From Candidatus Omnitrophota bacterium (GTDB lineage Bacteria > Omnitrophota > Omnitrophia > Omnitrophales > Aquincolibacteriaceae), in contig JAHFHF010000006.1 in assembly GCA_023247055.1 (NCBI GenBank), positions 600-64,599 on the forward strand: a stretch of 64,000 bases of DNA. The letters are read 5' to 3'. The notes beneath the pieces are model-generated. The model saw only the letters and a list, made by a program, of their open reading frames with translations, was not told where the DNA came from and made no database searches. The first letter of the stretch is position 1. Every line of letters begins with the position of its first letter. The position numbers and the translations under genes are program-made. Below, one piece after another: positions 1-13,100 of this stretch.

Positions 1-3000
1 CCGAACTCCGAAACGATTCCGGGCGAACTTGTGGTCAACGGCCGCTATTACCAATTTACTTCTTCGGGATACAATGACGAAGCGGCGGGCATGGAGGGCG
101 GATGGGCGCCCGATCCAAACTCCTACCGGTTTGTGGATGCCGCCGGCCAGCCGGATGAATATGGACAGCTGCCGGTCTATACTTCAAATCCGCAAACAGG
201 GCTGGTCACCCTGGCCGACGGCTTGACTTACCGCGTGGTTGCGCCGGATTCCGCCATCTCCGGCGGGGAACACGTGCTGCTGGTGGAAGTGCGCCAGGAC
301 AAACAAATCATCAATCCCTTCCAGCAAAGCGGCTGGAAGGCGCTCGAGATCGATGGCTTGTCTTATCTGGTTGAACTGCGCGATCAAAAACCTTATGCCC
401 TGCATCGCGAGGGCGTGACCGCGCTTTTTGATGAAGACGGCCGCATCGTGATCGACGGCAAGACTTACCGCATCGGCATGAACGACTATTATTACAATTC
501 AGTCAAAACGGGAGAGGATGGCCGGGTGCAGGCGGTTTATACCGATGAGCGCATCACCTACGGCAGTTATCCGAATATCCGCGTCTTTCCGCCCAATGCC
601 TTTACGGCCGCCGACCGCGAGTACTTCCTGGTGGAAGATTTGGGACAGGCGGAACTTTACCGCACCGAACATCATTGGCTCCCGGCGGGATATACCCAGA
701 TTTTTGGCAAAACCACGCTCAAGATTGATTACGAAGATTACGAAATTGCCAAAGTCACGCACCGCGGCTTGGAACTCGTGGCGTTTATCAAATTGGATGC
801 GCTTGGCAATCGCACGCAGATGGCCTATTACATGCGGCCCGACGATCAGGAAATCACGCTCTCCGGCGGACGCCGCTTCCGCATTGTGGGCGATGTGACC
901 GGTATTCAAAAATCGGCAACGCTGGTGGAGATCAGCCGCGCGGGCACGCTCGGCAGTGTGAGCGGTTTTGAAATCCTGAACGGTGAAAAACTGACGCCGG
1001 GTTACGGCTATACGCATGCAAGTCAGCCGCTGGCCGTCGTGCTGGACGGCGTGACCTATGAAGTCTTTCCGCGCAATGCCGCGGGCCGTATTTTTGCCAC
1101 CGACGGCCGCACGGTGTTGGCCAGCGATGCGGACGGTATTTTGAATATCAACGGCCGCCGTTTCCGTCTCGAAGAAGAAGCCGTCACGTATGAGATTTTC
1201 AACGATACGCGTGTTTCGCATTTGAACTACTACCTGACGGAAGACTCCTCGCGCCGCTACCGGTTGAATTCCGTGAGCGATGCGGCGGGCCTGCCGCAGG
1301 CTGAACTTCAGCCGCTGACAAGCGACGGAAAATATTTTGCCGCGGCGGACGAAGTCACGCTTTTTGACGGCCTGCGCTACCGCATGACGGTGAGCGCCAA
1401 AGGTGAGGTTTCCTTGACCGAAATCAATCCGCCGGCGCGGCGCGAAGCGCTGGTCAGCAAAGCTCCCGGTTTTCAATTGACGCGTCTGGCGCTGGAAGCG
1501 GGTGATGGTTCCGCCGGCCGCAATCAACTTGTGGCCAGCCGCCAGACGGGCGCCGTGACAACCGATACGCTGGGCCTGCGGCATACTCCGCTTGTGATTT
1601 TGGGCGAATCCTATGAAGTCGTGGAGCGCAGCGACGGCACGTTTGAATTTTATCCGGCCCGCAAAGTCAATGTGGATGAAATTCTGGCAGCTTCCGGCAT
1701 TCAAAATGCGGCGGAAGCCAATGCCTGGCGTGCGGCGGTGGAGAAGAGTTTCACGGCCCAAAGCGTTGCCAGCGATAAGATTTCGGGGACGGTTGTTCTG
1801 GACGGCATCCGCTACCGTATTTCCAAACATCCTGTGACCGGTGCGGTCGAACTTGCCGGCCGGGATACACGGGTCAAGCCGGACGCCGATCCCTTGGTGG
1901 CCGGCAGTATTGATTTGACGGTCTGGAAAAATACGGACGGGAGTTATTCGGTTTACTGGCCGCTGGACAAGACCGTTTACCGCGGCGACGGCGTCACCAA
2001 GACGGTGGTGCTGGGCAACTCGGTCAAATACGATATCGCTGAAGACGCGGCGGGACGCATCACGCTCAAGGAATCCACCCGGGTGATTGCCGCGCCGCCT
2101 TTGGCCCAGGTCATCGAAGTCTATGGCCGCAATTACGGTGTGGTCAAAAATACGGACGGCACGTACGCCTTCTATGACGGTTTGTATACGTATAAGTCGG
2201 ATGCCCAGGGCAAGACCGTGAAACTGGGCGAATTTATTCTGGCCAGCTATGACGACTACCTCAAACGCAGCGCCGAAGGGACGCTGGATGAAGTCCGCGG
2301 CGTGCTCTATGACATTGAGGCCGACGGACCGAACCATGTCCGCCTGGTTGATCATCGTGAGGCTGAAACCAAGATACAGCTTTTTGAATTGGGCGGGCGT
2401 TTCTATACCAGCGGCCGTGATACGGTTGGCCGTATCACGCTCAGTGACTATGCCACGGGGGAAATCGTCCTGCGTATTCCGCAGGGCACGAGCGAACTTG
2501 TCTTTGACCGCGAGACCTATACGTTGAGCGTTGACAGTGTGACCGGTTTTATCCGCCTGGTTTCGAGCCAAAGCCAGAATGCCTCGCGTGACGCGCAGGT
2601 TTTGCGCCTGGGCGAGCAAATCTATCTGGCTTCGGCCATGGGTGACGGCCGTTTCCAGTTTTATCTGGACGGGCAGCCGTTTATTTCCCAGGCGGCGGCC
2701 GGACGCGTGACGCTGGGCGACGGCCTTGAATATCATGTGACCGCCGGCGCTGACGGCCGCATTCAGCTTGAGCAAAAATATATTGACGCCTTTTCCGAGG
2801 AACGCATGTCCATTCTGCTGGACGGCCAGATCTATGACATCCTGCACACCGGCAGCCACCGCTGGCGCTTTACGGATGCCGCGGGATTGTCTTTCGACAG
2901 CGATGCCGTAACGATGAAAGTCACAATCGGCACGCTTATGTATGACTTGGTCGAACATGCGGACGGCAGCGTCACCGCGATTGCTCAAAACGATATTTCG

Positions 3001-6000
3001 ACCTCGCTCATCCGCAAGGTGGTCAATATTGGCGGCCTGCTTTATGTGGTCACGCGCCAGACGGACGGCCGCTTTGCCTTTACGGCCGGCAATGTCACGG
3101 CTTATGCCGCGCTCTCCGGCCGGCTGGATCTCGATAAGGTCTTTACGGTCACGTTCAACGAAACCACCGGCCAGGTGCGCGTCACGGAAACGGTCGTGCG
3201 CCGCAGTGCGCCGGTCGAACTCCTCGAAATCAAACAGCCGTCGCTGACGCGCCGCATGACAGTTGCCGGAAAAACCTATGACCTGAAGTATGACCGCGTG
3301 GACATGCTTGAAACCAGTCTGACCGGCGCGGAAATTCACAAACAGCGGCCGCTTTTCCAGTTTACGGATGCGGGTTCGGGGACGGTCTATGAAAACCGCA
3401 CTTATAAATTCGGCGGGTCGGTCGGGGCCTGCTCCAACGAAGAGTGCGAGAGCCAGGATATTTTAAGCACGGACCGTAATCAATTTGCCATGGATCTGCC
3501 GGAGGCCACGTTGAAACTCGAGGATTGGCCGCGGGTCTTTGCCTTTACCATCATGATCGACGGCAAATCCTACCTGATGTCCGAGACCGAGGCGCACAAG
3601 CATACGTTCTTCAGCGAGGACAAGTATTACCACTCGTGGATCCAGCCGTGCGGCGAAAAGTGTATTCAGGAGTTTGTCGAACTGCCCGACGGCAAAGGCG
3701 GTTTTGTTAAATTCGAACTTTATTACAGCAACAAGTACTACGACGAACCGGCTTCACAGGCGGATTTTGTGGGTGACCGGCTGCTGGTGAGAATTGACGA
3801 TGCGGCCGGGGCGGCCGACATCCGCGTCATTCCCAAGATGGAAATTCCGACCGAGCCGGTGGAAACGTCGCAGTATTATCTGGCGGAACGTTCGGCGCAG
3901 GACGGCCGTTTGACCCTGCGTGAGGAAGCGACCGGGCGTGCGTATGAGGTCAAACAGCGCATTTCGATCGACGGCCGCAATTACGAGGCGTCCGTGGATA
4001 GCGCAGCCGGCAAAGTTTCGCTGACCGAAGAACACGCGGCCAGCACGCGGGTGCCGGGGCGGCTGGCCGTGCGCGTGGGCCGGGATGCCGCCGGTTACAG
4101 TTATGAACTCAAGACCGACGGCCGGTTTGAATTTTCCGACGGCATTCATACCTATTACAGCACGCGCGAAACCGGCCGGCCGCAGGTCATCTTGTCGGAT
4201 GGAAACGTCTACACCATCGCTTACAACGCCGAAACCCAGGAATTGGCGTTGACCGAGCGCTATGAAATTTCCACGCCGGCCGGAGCGGGCCGTTTGAATG
4301 TCGGCGGTACGGTGTTTACGTATACGATCCGCGCCGATGGCAGCGTGCGTTTGACGGCCGGTACGAAAACCTATGACAGCCAGGGTGAGATGGACCTTGT
4401 CTCGGCGCTCAAACAGCCCATTCAGTACAAACTGCGCGAAGGACAAACACTGCCGGCCGGAGAAACGTCCACGGTGCCGGGTTATAGCGGCTTACGCTGG
4501 GAAGACGCGGGTATGGGCGTGACCAAGCCCTATCTGGTGAAGTTTGATCCGGCGGCAGGAACGTATACCGTGCGTGAAAAACCGCTGCCGGTGGACCCGC
4601 AGGACTATGTGGCCATCCGCGGTTTTGCCAAGACCTTGCAGGAAATCAAAGCTGCCTACGGCGCTTTCGGCGACACGAGTGATATTTATGATGCTGAAAA
4701 TCTGAGTTCACTCAATTACGACCGGCTCTATGACGCGGAGTATGAGCACAACAGCCTGAGCGGCTACAACAGCCAGTTCCTGTCTAACTTCAATGCCTAT
4801 GAACTGACGCTGCGCACAGGCCTTGCGCCCTGGCAGGACAGCCCGGTGGCCCTGGTGGATTACCGGGACGGCGTGCCGGACAGCAGCCTTGTCGGCTCTC
4901 AGGCGAAACTCGCGGGCGCTTATGACATTCTCTTTGATACGCCCAACCATACGCCGGGCAGCAGTTATCTGCCGGTGCGCGAATTGCAGGTCTATCAGGA
5001 TGAACTGCGCATCATGCACCCCTGGATTAACGGCGTGGAGCGTGTGTTTGAACCGGTCTACAACGACAATGCGGGCATTAGCCTGGAAACCGGTCCGTTT
5101 GCGGTTTTTGCCGGTGATACGTCAACCAACTACCGCAACCGCGGCGTGACGCTGAATGGCAAAGCCTATGACGTGGCCATGGATCCTGTGACCAAGGCGC
5201 CGGTCTTTACGGAACTTTCGTCCTACCGCGCGGCGAATGCGGATGAAGACGTTCTGCTGGTCTACCACCTCAAGGATGCGGAAGGCAACGAAACCGGCGT
5301 GGAGTACAATTTATTCGATGCCACATTTACCGCGCTGGATGTTTTCAAAGGGGTGATTCAGGCCCGCGCCAAACTTGGCGAGGCCTATGACTATAAGAAC
5401 CCGGCCAATACCTGGGAGAAGTTGTCCCTGGCGGACATCGAGGCCCAAGCGCAGACATTCCAGTACAATGCCCTGACGCGCAACTTTACCCTGCATGGCG
5501 TCAACTACCGCGTGTTTGAACAGCCGGTGAGCGGCGAAGTTTCAATTCTGCGCGCGGGCGGTACTCCGCCTGTGGTGCTGAACGCTCTGAATACGATCGA
5601 ACACAATGACCGGCTGTATGAAATCCGCAGGAATGAAGACGGCCGTATCATCCTGACCAGCGATACGGGGGAAGAGTTCCCGAGCGATCCGGACGGACAG
5701 ACGCTCAGTATCGACGATTACCATTTCGATATCAGCCGTGATCCGCTGACGCAGGCCTGGAAACTGAAGGAGCAGAGGGTTGAAAGCTACTACGGCGATT
5801 TGGCCGTTGTGGATGAAACTTCAGACGGCGGCGGCCGCATCTCTGCCCATTTTCATTCCGTCGCCAATCCGGGCGTACCCCTTGGGTTTGAAGTGCCGGG
5901 TGCCGGAACCCAGGTTGAATTTTTGAATCAAGCCGTGATTGCCGGGCCGGACGGGCAGGAACATGGTTTATTTGTGTTCCGGATTGGCAGCAGTTTTGTG

Positions 6001-7140
6001 CTTTCTGACGGGCTTAACGGCGGTATTACACAAGTGCCGGATCAATACCGTCAGATTACGATCGACGGCCAGCGCTACCAGGTTCAGGTGTTTACGAACT
6101 CTTCGGGCCAGACCCTGGCGCGCATTGAAAAAGTGCTGCGTACCCTGGATTCCAAGCCAGGCGTGCGCGCGGACGGCAAACTGTATCAGGTGCAGGACAC
6201 GCCCGGCAGTTATACCGTTCAGGTTGGCGGCAGTAAGCGCAAAATTACATGGGTGATGGCCGTCTGTGCCGGCGCCATGTGCCGTGATGTGGACCCCACG
6301 CCGTCTTACCTGCCGTTGGAATTAGAATCCAATCCGTCGCGCAATACCATTACGCTCAACGACGGCATTGAACGGACGCTGGTCATTGATCCCGATGAAC
6401 CCACGAATGTGGATATCCTGCCGGATCAGATCACGAGTTTTGATCTGCCGGATTTGAAACTGGGTAAACGTTTCTTCTACAGCACGGTCCATGCGAACGG
6501 GTCAGTCACGCTGACTGAAACCTATAGCGCCGATCCGCAGACTTACATCTCCGATCCGCTGACGCGCGAAGTGACGATCAACGGAAGAGTGTGGAGCGTT
6601 CAGGTGGCGGGCGGCAAGGCCGTGCTTACGGCGCGGAACATCAAGGAAAGCAGCGCGCTGCCGGGAACTTATGCGGAAGTGGACGGCCGTATTTACCAGA
6701 TTGAAGCGGATGCCCAAAACCGCTGGGTTTTCAGCGACGTGTATCTGTCCGGCGTGGCTTTCACGAGCACAGCCGACGGCAAGAGCGTGACGATTCATGA
6801 GCATGTTTACGATATCAGCGCTGCAGCGGGTAAGGTTTCTCTGAAGGAGCAGCCGCGCTCCTATCCGGTGAAGGAAGATCACGTCATTCTGAACAGCCGC
6901 ATTTACAAGGTGCAGATCGTGCGCGATATCCTGGGGCTGGAACGCGCCTGGCTGTCGGACGGCACGAACCTGATGGTCTCCGGCGAATTTAAAGATGCGG
7001 ATGCGGTCAGCGGCGAAAACAAACAGGCGCGCGCCGAAGTCGTCATTGACGGTAAAACCTTCCTGGTTTCGATTGAGCGCGATCCGTCTATTTACAGCAC
7101 TTTGTCGGATGAATTCCTGATTGTGAAACAGATTAAGCCC
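1..7140 (+). repeat. Array of degenerate beta-hairpin repeats with core h-x-h-x-G-x-x-Y-x-h, then 3-6 residues, then (D)G-x-h-x-h. The period is variable, about 25-60 aa.
   Basis: Translation shows tens of units. Examples are EVTLFDGLRYRMTVSAKGEVSLTE, TVVLDGIRYRISKHPVTGAVELAG, RVTLGDGLEYHVTAGADGRIQLEQ, MSILLDGQIYDILHTGSHRWRF, EVTINGRVWSVQVAGGKAVLTA and EVVIDGKTFLVSIERDPS. Similarity is at the protein level only. The nucleotide sequence is not repetitive. Confidence 0.6.
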
Positions 7141-10100
7141 GCGCCGGCGCAGGGCGGCGGCACGAGCGGTATGGAAGGCTATGAAAGCGGGGACGGCGAT
7201 CAGGACATTTTTGAGGAGTTAGGGCTGAACGACATGCCCGGCGGCGGAGGGTCCGAAATTCCCGATTGGCAGCAAGAACAACAATGGCAATTTGAAAATC
7301 CGGCGATTGCGCAAACGTCTACGCCGCAAATTACGGAAGTCCTCAAAACGGATGGCAACGAACGCTGGGTACGCATCCGCGCCCGGGTTTGGAAGTCGGG
7401 GGCTGCTGCGGTCAGTCTGGACGCGCCCCGTATTCAATCGAGCGCCGCTGAACGTCTAAGCGTCAACGGACAGGATGTTTTTGCAATTCAGGAACCGGCT
7501 GAAACCAGCGGCCGGCCAGACGGACAGCCGGGCGCCCAGGGCTATGTGCTCAATCCCAATGCGGGCATGCTGCGGTTTGTGACGCCCACGAAAGTTTTTT
7601 GGACGGAAGGGGCCACTTCAAGTGTTTCGTTTGGAGATGGGATTGTCTACCGCGTGAGCGGCGAGCCGGGAAGCCATGTCACTCTGCGTGAGACCGGTAC
7701 GGCTTCCATGGCTGTGCAAACCATGCAAATCGACGGGCGTTTCTATACGGCTTGGCAGGACCCGGATGATCCCAGCCATGGTTTCCGCTTTAACGACGGG
7801 TTTGGCGAATACGCCAGCGTCCGCGATACATTCGGTTTCTATGAACGCAACGGCGTGCTGACGTCCGCGCCTTCGCGGATGGGCGCGGGCCGTTCCAATC
7901 CCGAAGGCATGGCCGCAGCCGACATTCTGCCGCAAGCGGGCGCGCGCGAATTGGGAGAAAAGTATACGGCCAATGAAATGAATTACCGCATCAACCTGAC
8001 GGCCGACGGTTTCTACCAGGTGGGCTTGTCGGCCGCGCTCAGTGACGACATGACGGACGCCATCCGCCGTGCAGGCGCTCTGAAACTGGAACCGGAATAT
8101 GTTTTTCATGTGTTTCTGGACGGCCACTTCTACGGCGACTTCTATCTGCAGCCCGGCGAAGATTTCCGCCAGGCGGCCGTGAAACTGCGCCTGACCCCGG
8201 GCGAGCATGATTTGAAGATCGTCTGGGATGTGCCGGAATTTTATCAGCAGAATCAGCTCACGGGCGGTGCGGACCTGCGGGTGCGCCGCGTGTTCGTCAT
8301 GGCGGACCAGACTTACCAGGCGGATCTCAATGGGGACGGAGCGGTCAATGATGCGGACGAAGCCCTTTTGACGGCCCGGCTGACACCGGCCGGATTTCAG
8401 GCTGAGACTTCGCAGATCACCGGCGCGCCCGAACGCGAAGAAGTTGAAGGCGCGGTCAGCCGGCTGGTGGCGGACAATGTGCTGGAAGCCAACGGCATCC
8501 GTTACGAAGTTAGCCGCCAAAATGGCAAGTTCATGCTGGATAACGGCCGCAAAGTCTATGAGGTGGCGCCCGATGCCGCGCAGGTCAATTTGGATGGTTA
8601 CGTCTACACCTTGGTGATTGAAAACGGGCGGCTGACCGGCATGGTGGAAATCCTGCCGGATGTACGTCCGGTGGATTTGGATGTGATTGAAGCTGCCGGC
8701 CGCGTGCTTTCCGTTCAGCAGTCGGCGGACAATCCGCACGAATACCGCTTCAGCGACGGCACGAATCTATTCCTGAGTTCGGCGGCGAGCATGACGGTTT
8801 CACTGTATGGTTTGGTTTACGACATTGAAGAATTGGGCGGCGGCGGTGTTCATGTCAGCGAAGCGGCGGTTGAACTGGAACGCCCGAGCGATACGGAACT
8901 GAACCTCAATGGCACGCGCTATCTGGTGCAGCGCCTGGGTGATGGATCGTATGTGTTCTCCGAACCCGTGGAGTTTGAAGATTCTGCGATCCGTGACGGA
9001 CTGGAACAAGTCGAGATTGGCGATGTGAATTATTTTGTGGTGCGGGATCAAACAAACCGCATCCAACTGCTTAAAGAAGTCCCGGAAACCAGCCGGCTTC
9101 TAGCCCAGACGGTGGTTTTCATTGGCGGGACGAGCTATGCCGTCACGCCGGATGCGGATCATGCCGGCGAATGGATTTTCCGCAGCCCTGCGGCGCAGTC
9201 GGCCACACAGAATCGTGAAATCACTCTGAGCGGCAAGAAATACCGCGTTGATCTGGATCCGGCAAGCAGCGTCTTGACGGTCGCGCCGGTCAGCTTCGGC
9301 AGTCTGGATGTGGATAAGAACGGTCTTGCTGACGCGCAGGATTTTGCGGCCATTCAGAGCCGCTTTAATGCGCAAATTGTGACAAAAGATCCGCAGCAAG
9401 CGCAGCAGCTCGGGGCGCAGGTTGATTTTTGGTGGACCCGCATTGCCGCGGCCGCAGGCACGGAGTACGGGGACTATGGCTTTACGTATACGTTTGATGC
9501 GCCGTCGGCCGGTGATTTTATGCTGGGTCTGAAGACGGCCATGCTGCCGGTGTCCGGCGCGCCGGTTCAGTTTGATCATTTTGATTTCGACGTTTTTGTG
9601 GATGGGTCCGCCGTACGCGCTGGAATTCTGCGCGCCGATGCGTCCAGCGGTTATGTCACCCATGAAATGCCGGTAACCCTTGCGGCCGGCACGCATCAAT
9701 TCCGGTTTGTCTGGTCCAATCCCGTGCCGCGCGTCAGTTTTGGCGTGCAGTCCGCCAGCTTGCGTGACAGCGATTACCTGGCTGCAGCGGATCTGAATCA
9801 GGACCGGCGCATTGATGAAAAAGACCAGGCTCTGTTCCTGGATCAGACCGGCTCAAGCGCCTGGACCCAGGCCCTTGCGATTGGCGCCAAAACCTACACG
9901 CTTTACCGCCGTCCGTCCGGCGCCATGCGGCTGGTGGATGCGGCCGGTACGGTGATTCCGAGCGACGATCAGGGCCGGTTCTTTGTGGTGAGCGGCAAGA
10001 AATACTGGATTTCGGGCGCTAAAGATTCGGCGGTCACGCTGGTGGCCGATCATGCGGCAGATCTCAATAAAGACGGTTTGATCAATGAAGCCGATGATGC

Positions 10101-13100
10101 TTTTCTGGCCGCTGCTCTGGCCGCGCATCAAGTGGACACCTTTGCCGAATTGCAGGAATTTGAAGCCTATGAAAAAGCCTCGGATACCGGCGCCAGCATT
10201 CATGGCCTTGTTTCGAAAGGAACCAATGCCAGCGGCGAAGGCGCCATGGGCTTCATGATGGGCTTTGGCGGGGGCGAAGAAGGCAGCCTGATGGCCAACG
10301 GCCCCTCGATCAGCTTTGATGAGACTTTGGCGGAGGCGGGCGATTACCGTATCGGCCTCTCCGCCCGCAGTTTCAGCCACGAGTTTCTGCCGGCCTGGCA
10401 GGGCTGGCAGGTGACCGGCGGTTCCAGCAGCGCGTTTACGCCCGAAGGCGCAATTTCCGTGCAGCCGGGTAATCACTGGTCGAATATGCAAAGCTGGATT
10501 GAAATCAATGGTTTGAATTTTGCCGCGGACAACCGCACGGTCCTGCTGCTGAATATGTTGACCGATGCCGGCAGTTCGGGCCGCGTCTACTTCAAGCGCA
10601 CGGGCGATACCGCCTGGGATGAAGAACGCAGCGTCGACTTTGACTTAATCGCCGACGGGAACGCCCATGAATACATTCTGTCCATGAATGACAGCGAACT
10701 GTGGAATGGCACCATTACCGGCCTCAAGATCGTACCCTCGGATGAACCCTCGCACTATGAAATCCTCGGTGCGGCGTCGCGCCAGTCGGTCGATCTTCCG
10801 GCCGGGTCCGAATGGGGTCTTTACGGGCCGAAAGAAACCAGCAAGTTCCGCTATGCGGTCGTGGTTGATGGTGTTCAGAGGGGGACGTTCGATGTGCCCT
10901 GGAATAAGACGCAGGAGAAAGAAGGCTATGCGGAAATCCAGCTCAACGCTGGTGCTCATCACATTGATATCGTTGAGATGAATTTTTACGACTATCCCTA
11001 CGCTTCGATGGCGGCATTTAAATCCTATGTGTCCAAGACTCTTGTACGCCGGATTATGCCGGCGGCGGATCTCAACGCGGATAATTATGTGAATGAGGCG
11101 GATGCGCGGATTCTGGATACGCTGCGCTCGCGTTTCGAAGCGCCGAACGTTATCGGCCTGCAGGAAGAATTCTTCTCGATTTTGGATAACGGCGACCTGA
11201 CGCACCGCTTTGTGTCGCGCACGGCGCAGGGCCGCAGTTTTACAAGCGACCCGGCCACGGGGCAGGTCACCATTAATGGCGTCAAACTGCAACTCGGCTA
11301 TGATGAAGAGCGCGAGCTCTGGCAGGCGTCGCTCTTTGGCCGTGGCAGTGTCAACGTTTATGATCAGGTTCTGCAAATCGGCACTGAGAAAATAGGCGTT
11401 ACGCGCCGCAAAGACGGCAGTCTTCTTTTCACGGCCTTTGAGCGCACGGAGCCGGTGACTTTTGAATCCGATCCTGCGGCTGAACAAGTCACGATCGGCA
11501 CGCAGACTTACCGTATTGAACGGGATCCGGAGACCCTGCAGGTGCGTTTGTTTGAAAGCGCAGAAACAGCGGGGCCCAGCGGCTGGCAGTCAGCCGTGGC
11601 CGGCGGCGTTGCCGTGTGGGTGCGGCGCGAAGCGAGCGGGCTTGTTTTCCGCACCGGCGGCGAAGACCTGGAATTTAACCCGGAAACACGCCGGCTTTCG
11701 ATCCACGAGAAAAACTACACGCTTTTTGAAAACCGTCTGGGTCAGCTGACGCTGGTGGAAGTGGATCCGGCTGATCTGGACGGCGACGGCCTTGTGACTT
11801 TTGCCGATCAGGCCTTGATGAAAGCCTCGCTGGGCCGGCAGGCCGCATGGACGCTGGAAGCGATTCAGGCGCGCAATGTCGAAGGCTTTATCCGCGGCCA
11901 GCGCAGTGATCAACTGTTTGCGGTCTACGGCAGTTCGGAAAATTACCGCATGGATTTTGATCTTTTTGCCGACAGCGCCCAGCCGGCGGGGCTTGCTTAT
12001 TACAACATTATGCTGCGCGCGCAAAGCTATGACCAAAAAGCCCTGCCCGCCGATTATGAATGGCAGCTTGCCGTCGCTGTTGACGGCGATGACCGCGGCA
12101 TTGTGATCATTCCCGCGACGGCAGGAAGCGTCTCCGAGGAAAGCTTGCGCACGCTCATGGCCAACGGTGCGCATACGATCAGCCTGCGCTGGCTGAATCC
12201 GCGGCCGGGAACCAGCCTGGCCATCGACCGGTTGAGGGTCGCCGAAGAAGGCGTTGATCCGGAAGCCAACCTCGTGGTGCGTTCCGGAATTCCGGAGCAG
12301 GCGATTGGCGTGCAGACCGAACATTCGGGAGCCGGCGGACAACTCATCTTACGGACAGCGGCGGGGGAAACAGTTATAACAATTCCGGCGCAGATGCCCT
12401 GGCCCGGCCCGGATGATTTTTATTGGGCGGAAGTGGATGAAAATACGGGCGCCATTCTGCGCCAGGGTTCGCTGCGTTCCGAAGATGCAGACGAAACCGC
12501 GCAATTCCTGCTGGATGTGGAAACCCTGCCGGAAGGCCGCATCCTGGCCGCGGCTTCCTGGGACGGTTTGACGGTGACGCCGTCTTTAGCGCGCGCGCTG
12601 GAACGGCTGGGTTCAAAACTGATTCGCAGCATGGATGGCGCGCATGAATGGGCTTTTGCCGGCGTCAAAGGACTCCCTCCAGGCAGTGCTTCGGAACAGA
12701 TTCAGGCGTTAACTACGGGTGACAGCCGTTTGGATTTTGATCTGGCCATAACCGGCGGCAGCCTTGAAGACCGCCTGCGGATCAACGCGGCGGACTATGC
12801 CGTCTTCCGCCAAGGCATGAGCGACACGGCTGAGACTCAGGTCTTTACGCTGCAGGGCAAGGATTATTATGTCAGCGAAACTTCACCGGGAACTTTTGAA
12901 GTTTTTGACGGAATTTTGACGAGCGTGCAAAAAATCGTGGACGGCCGTCCGGCGCTGGATCTGGGCAGCCGGAGTTTCTTTGTGGAGCGCGGCGTGAACG
13001 GCGCTATCCGCCTTGAGGGCATTCTTACCGGCGATGTTTTTAGCGACGGTCAACTCGACGGCGCAGATCAGGACTTGCTTGCGGCCAGCCGCGGCCGGTT

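Noticed and set aside
499-3339. 946-aa ORF on the minus strand, the longest entry in the ORF track.
   Set aside because: It lies antisense to the continuous frame-1 CDS. Its translation is Arg/Ala/Gly/His-rich, with runs such as RRR and GRG and no motifs. This is a classic stop-poor shadow frame of a GC3-biased gene.
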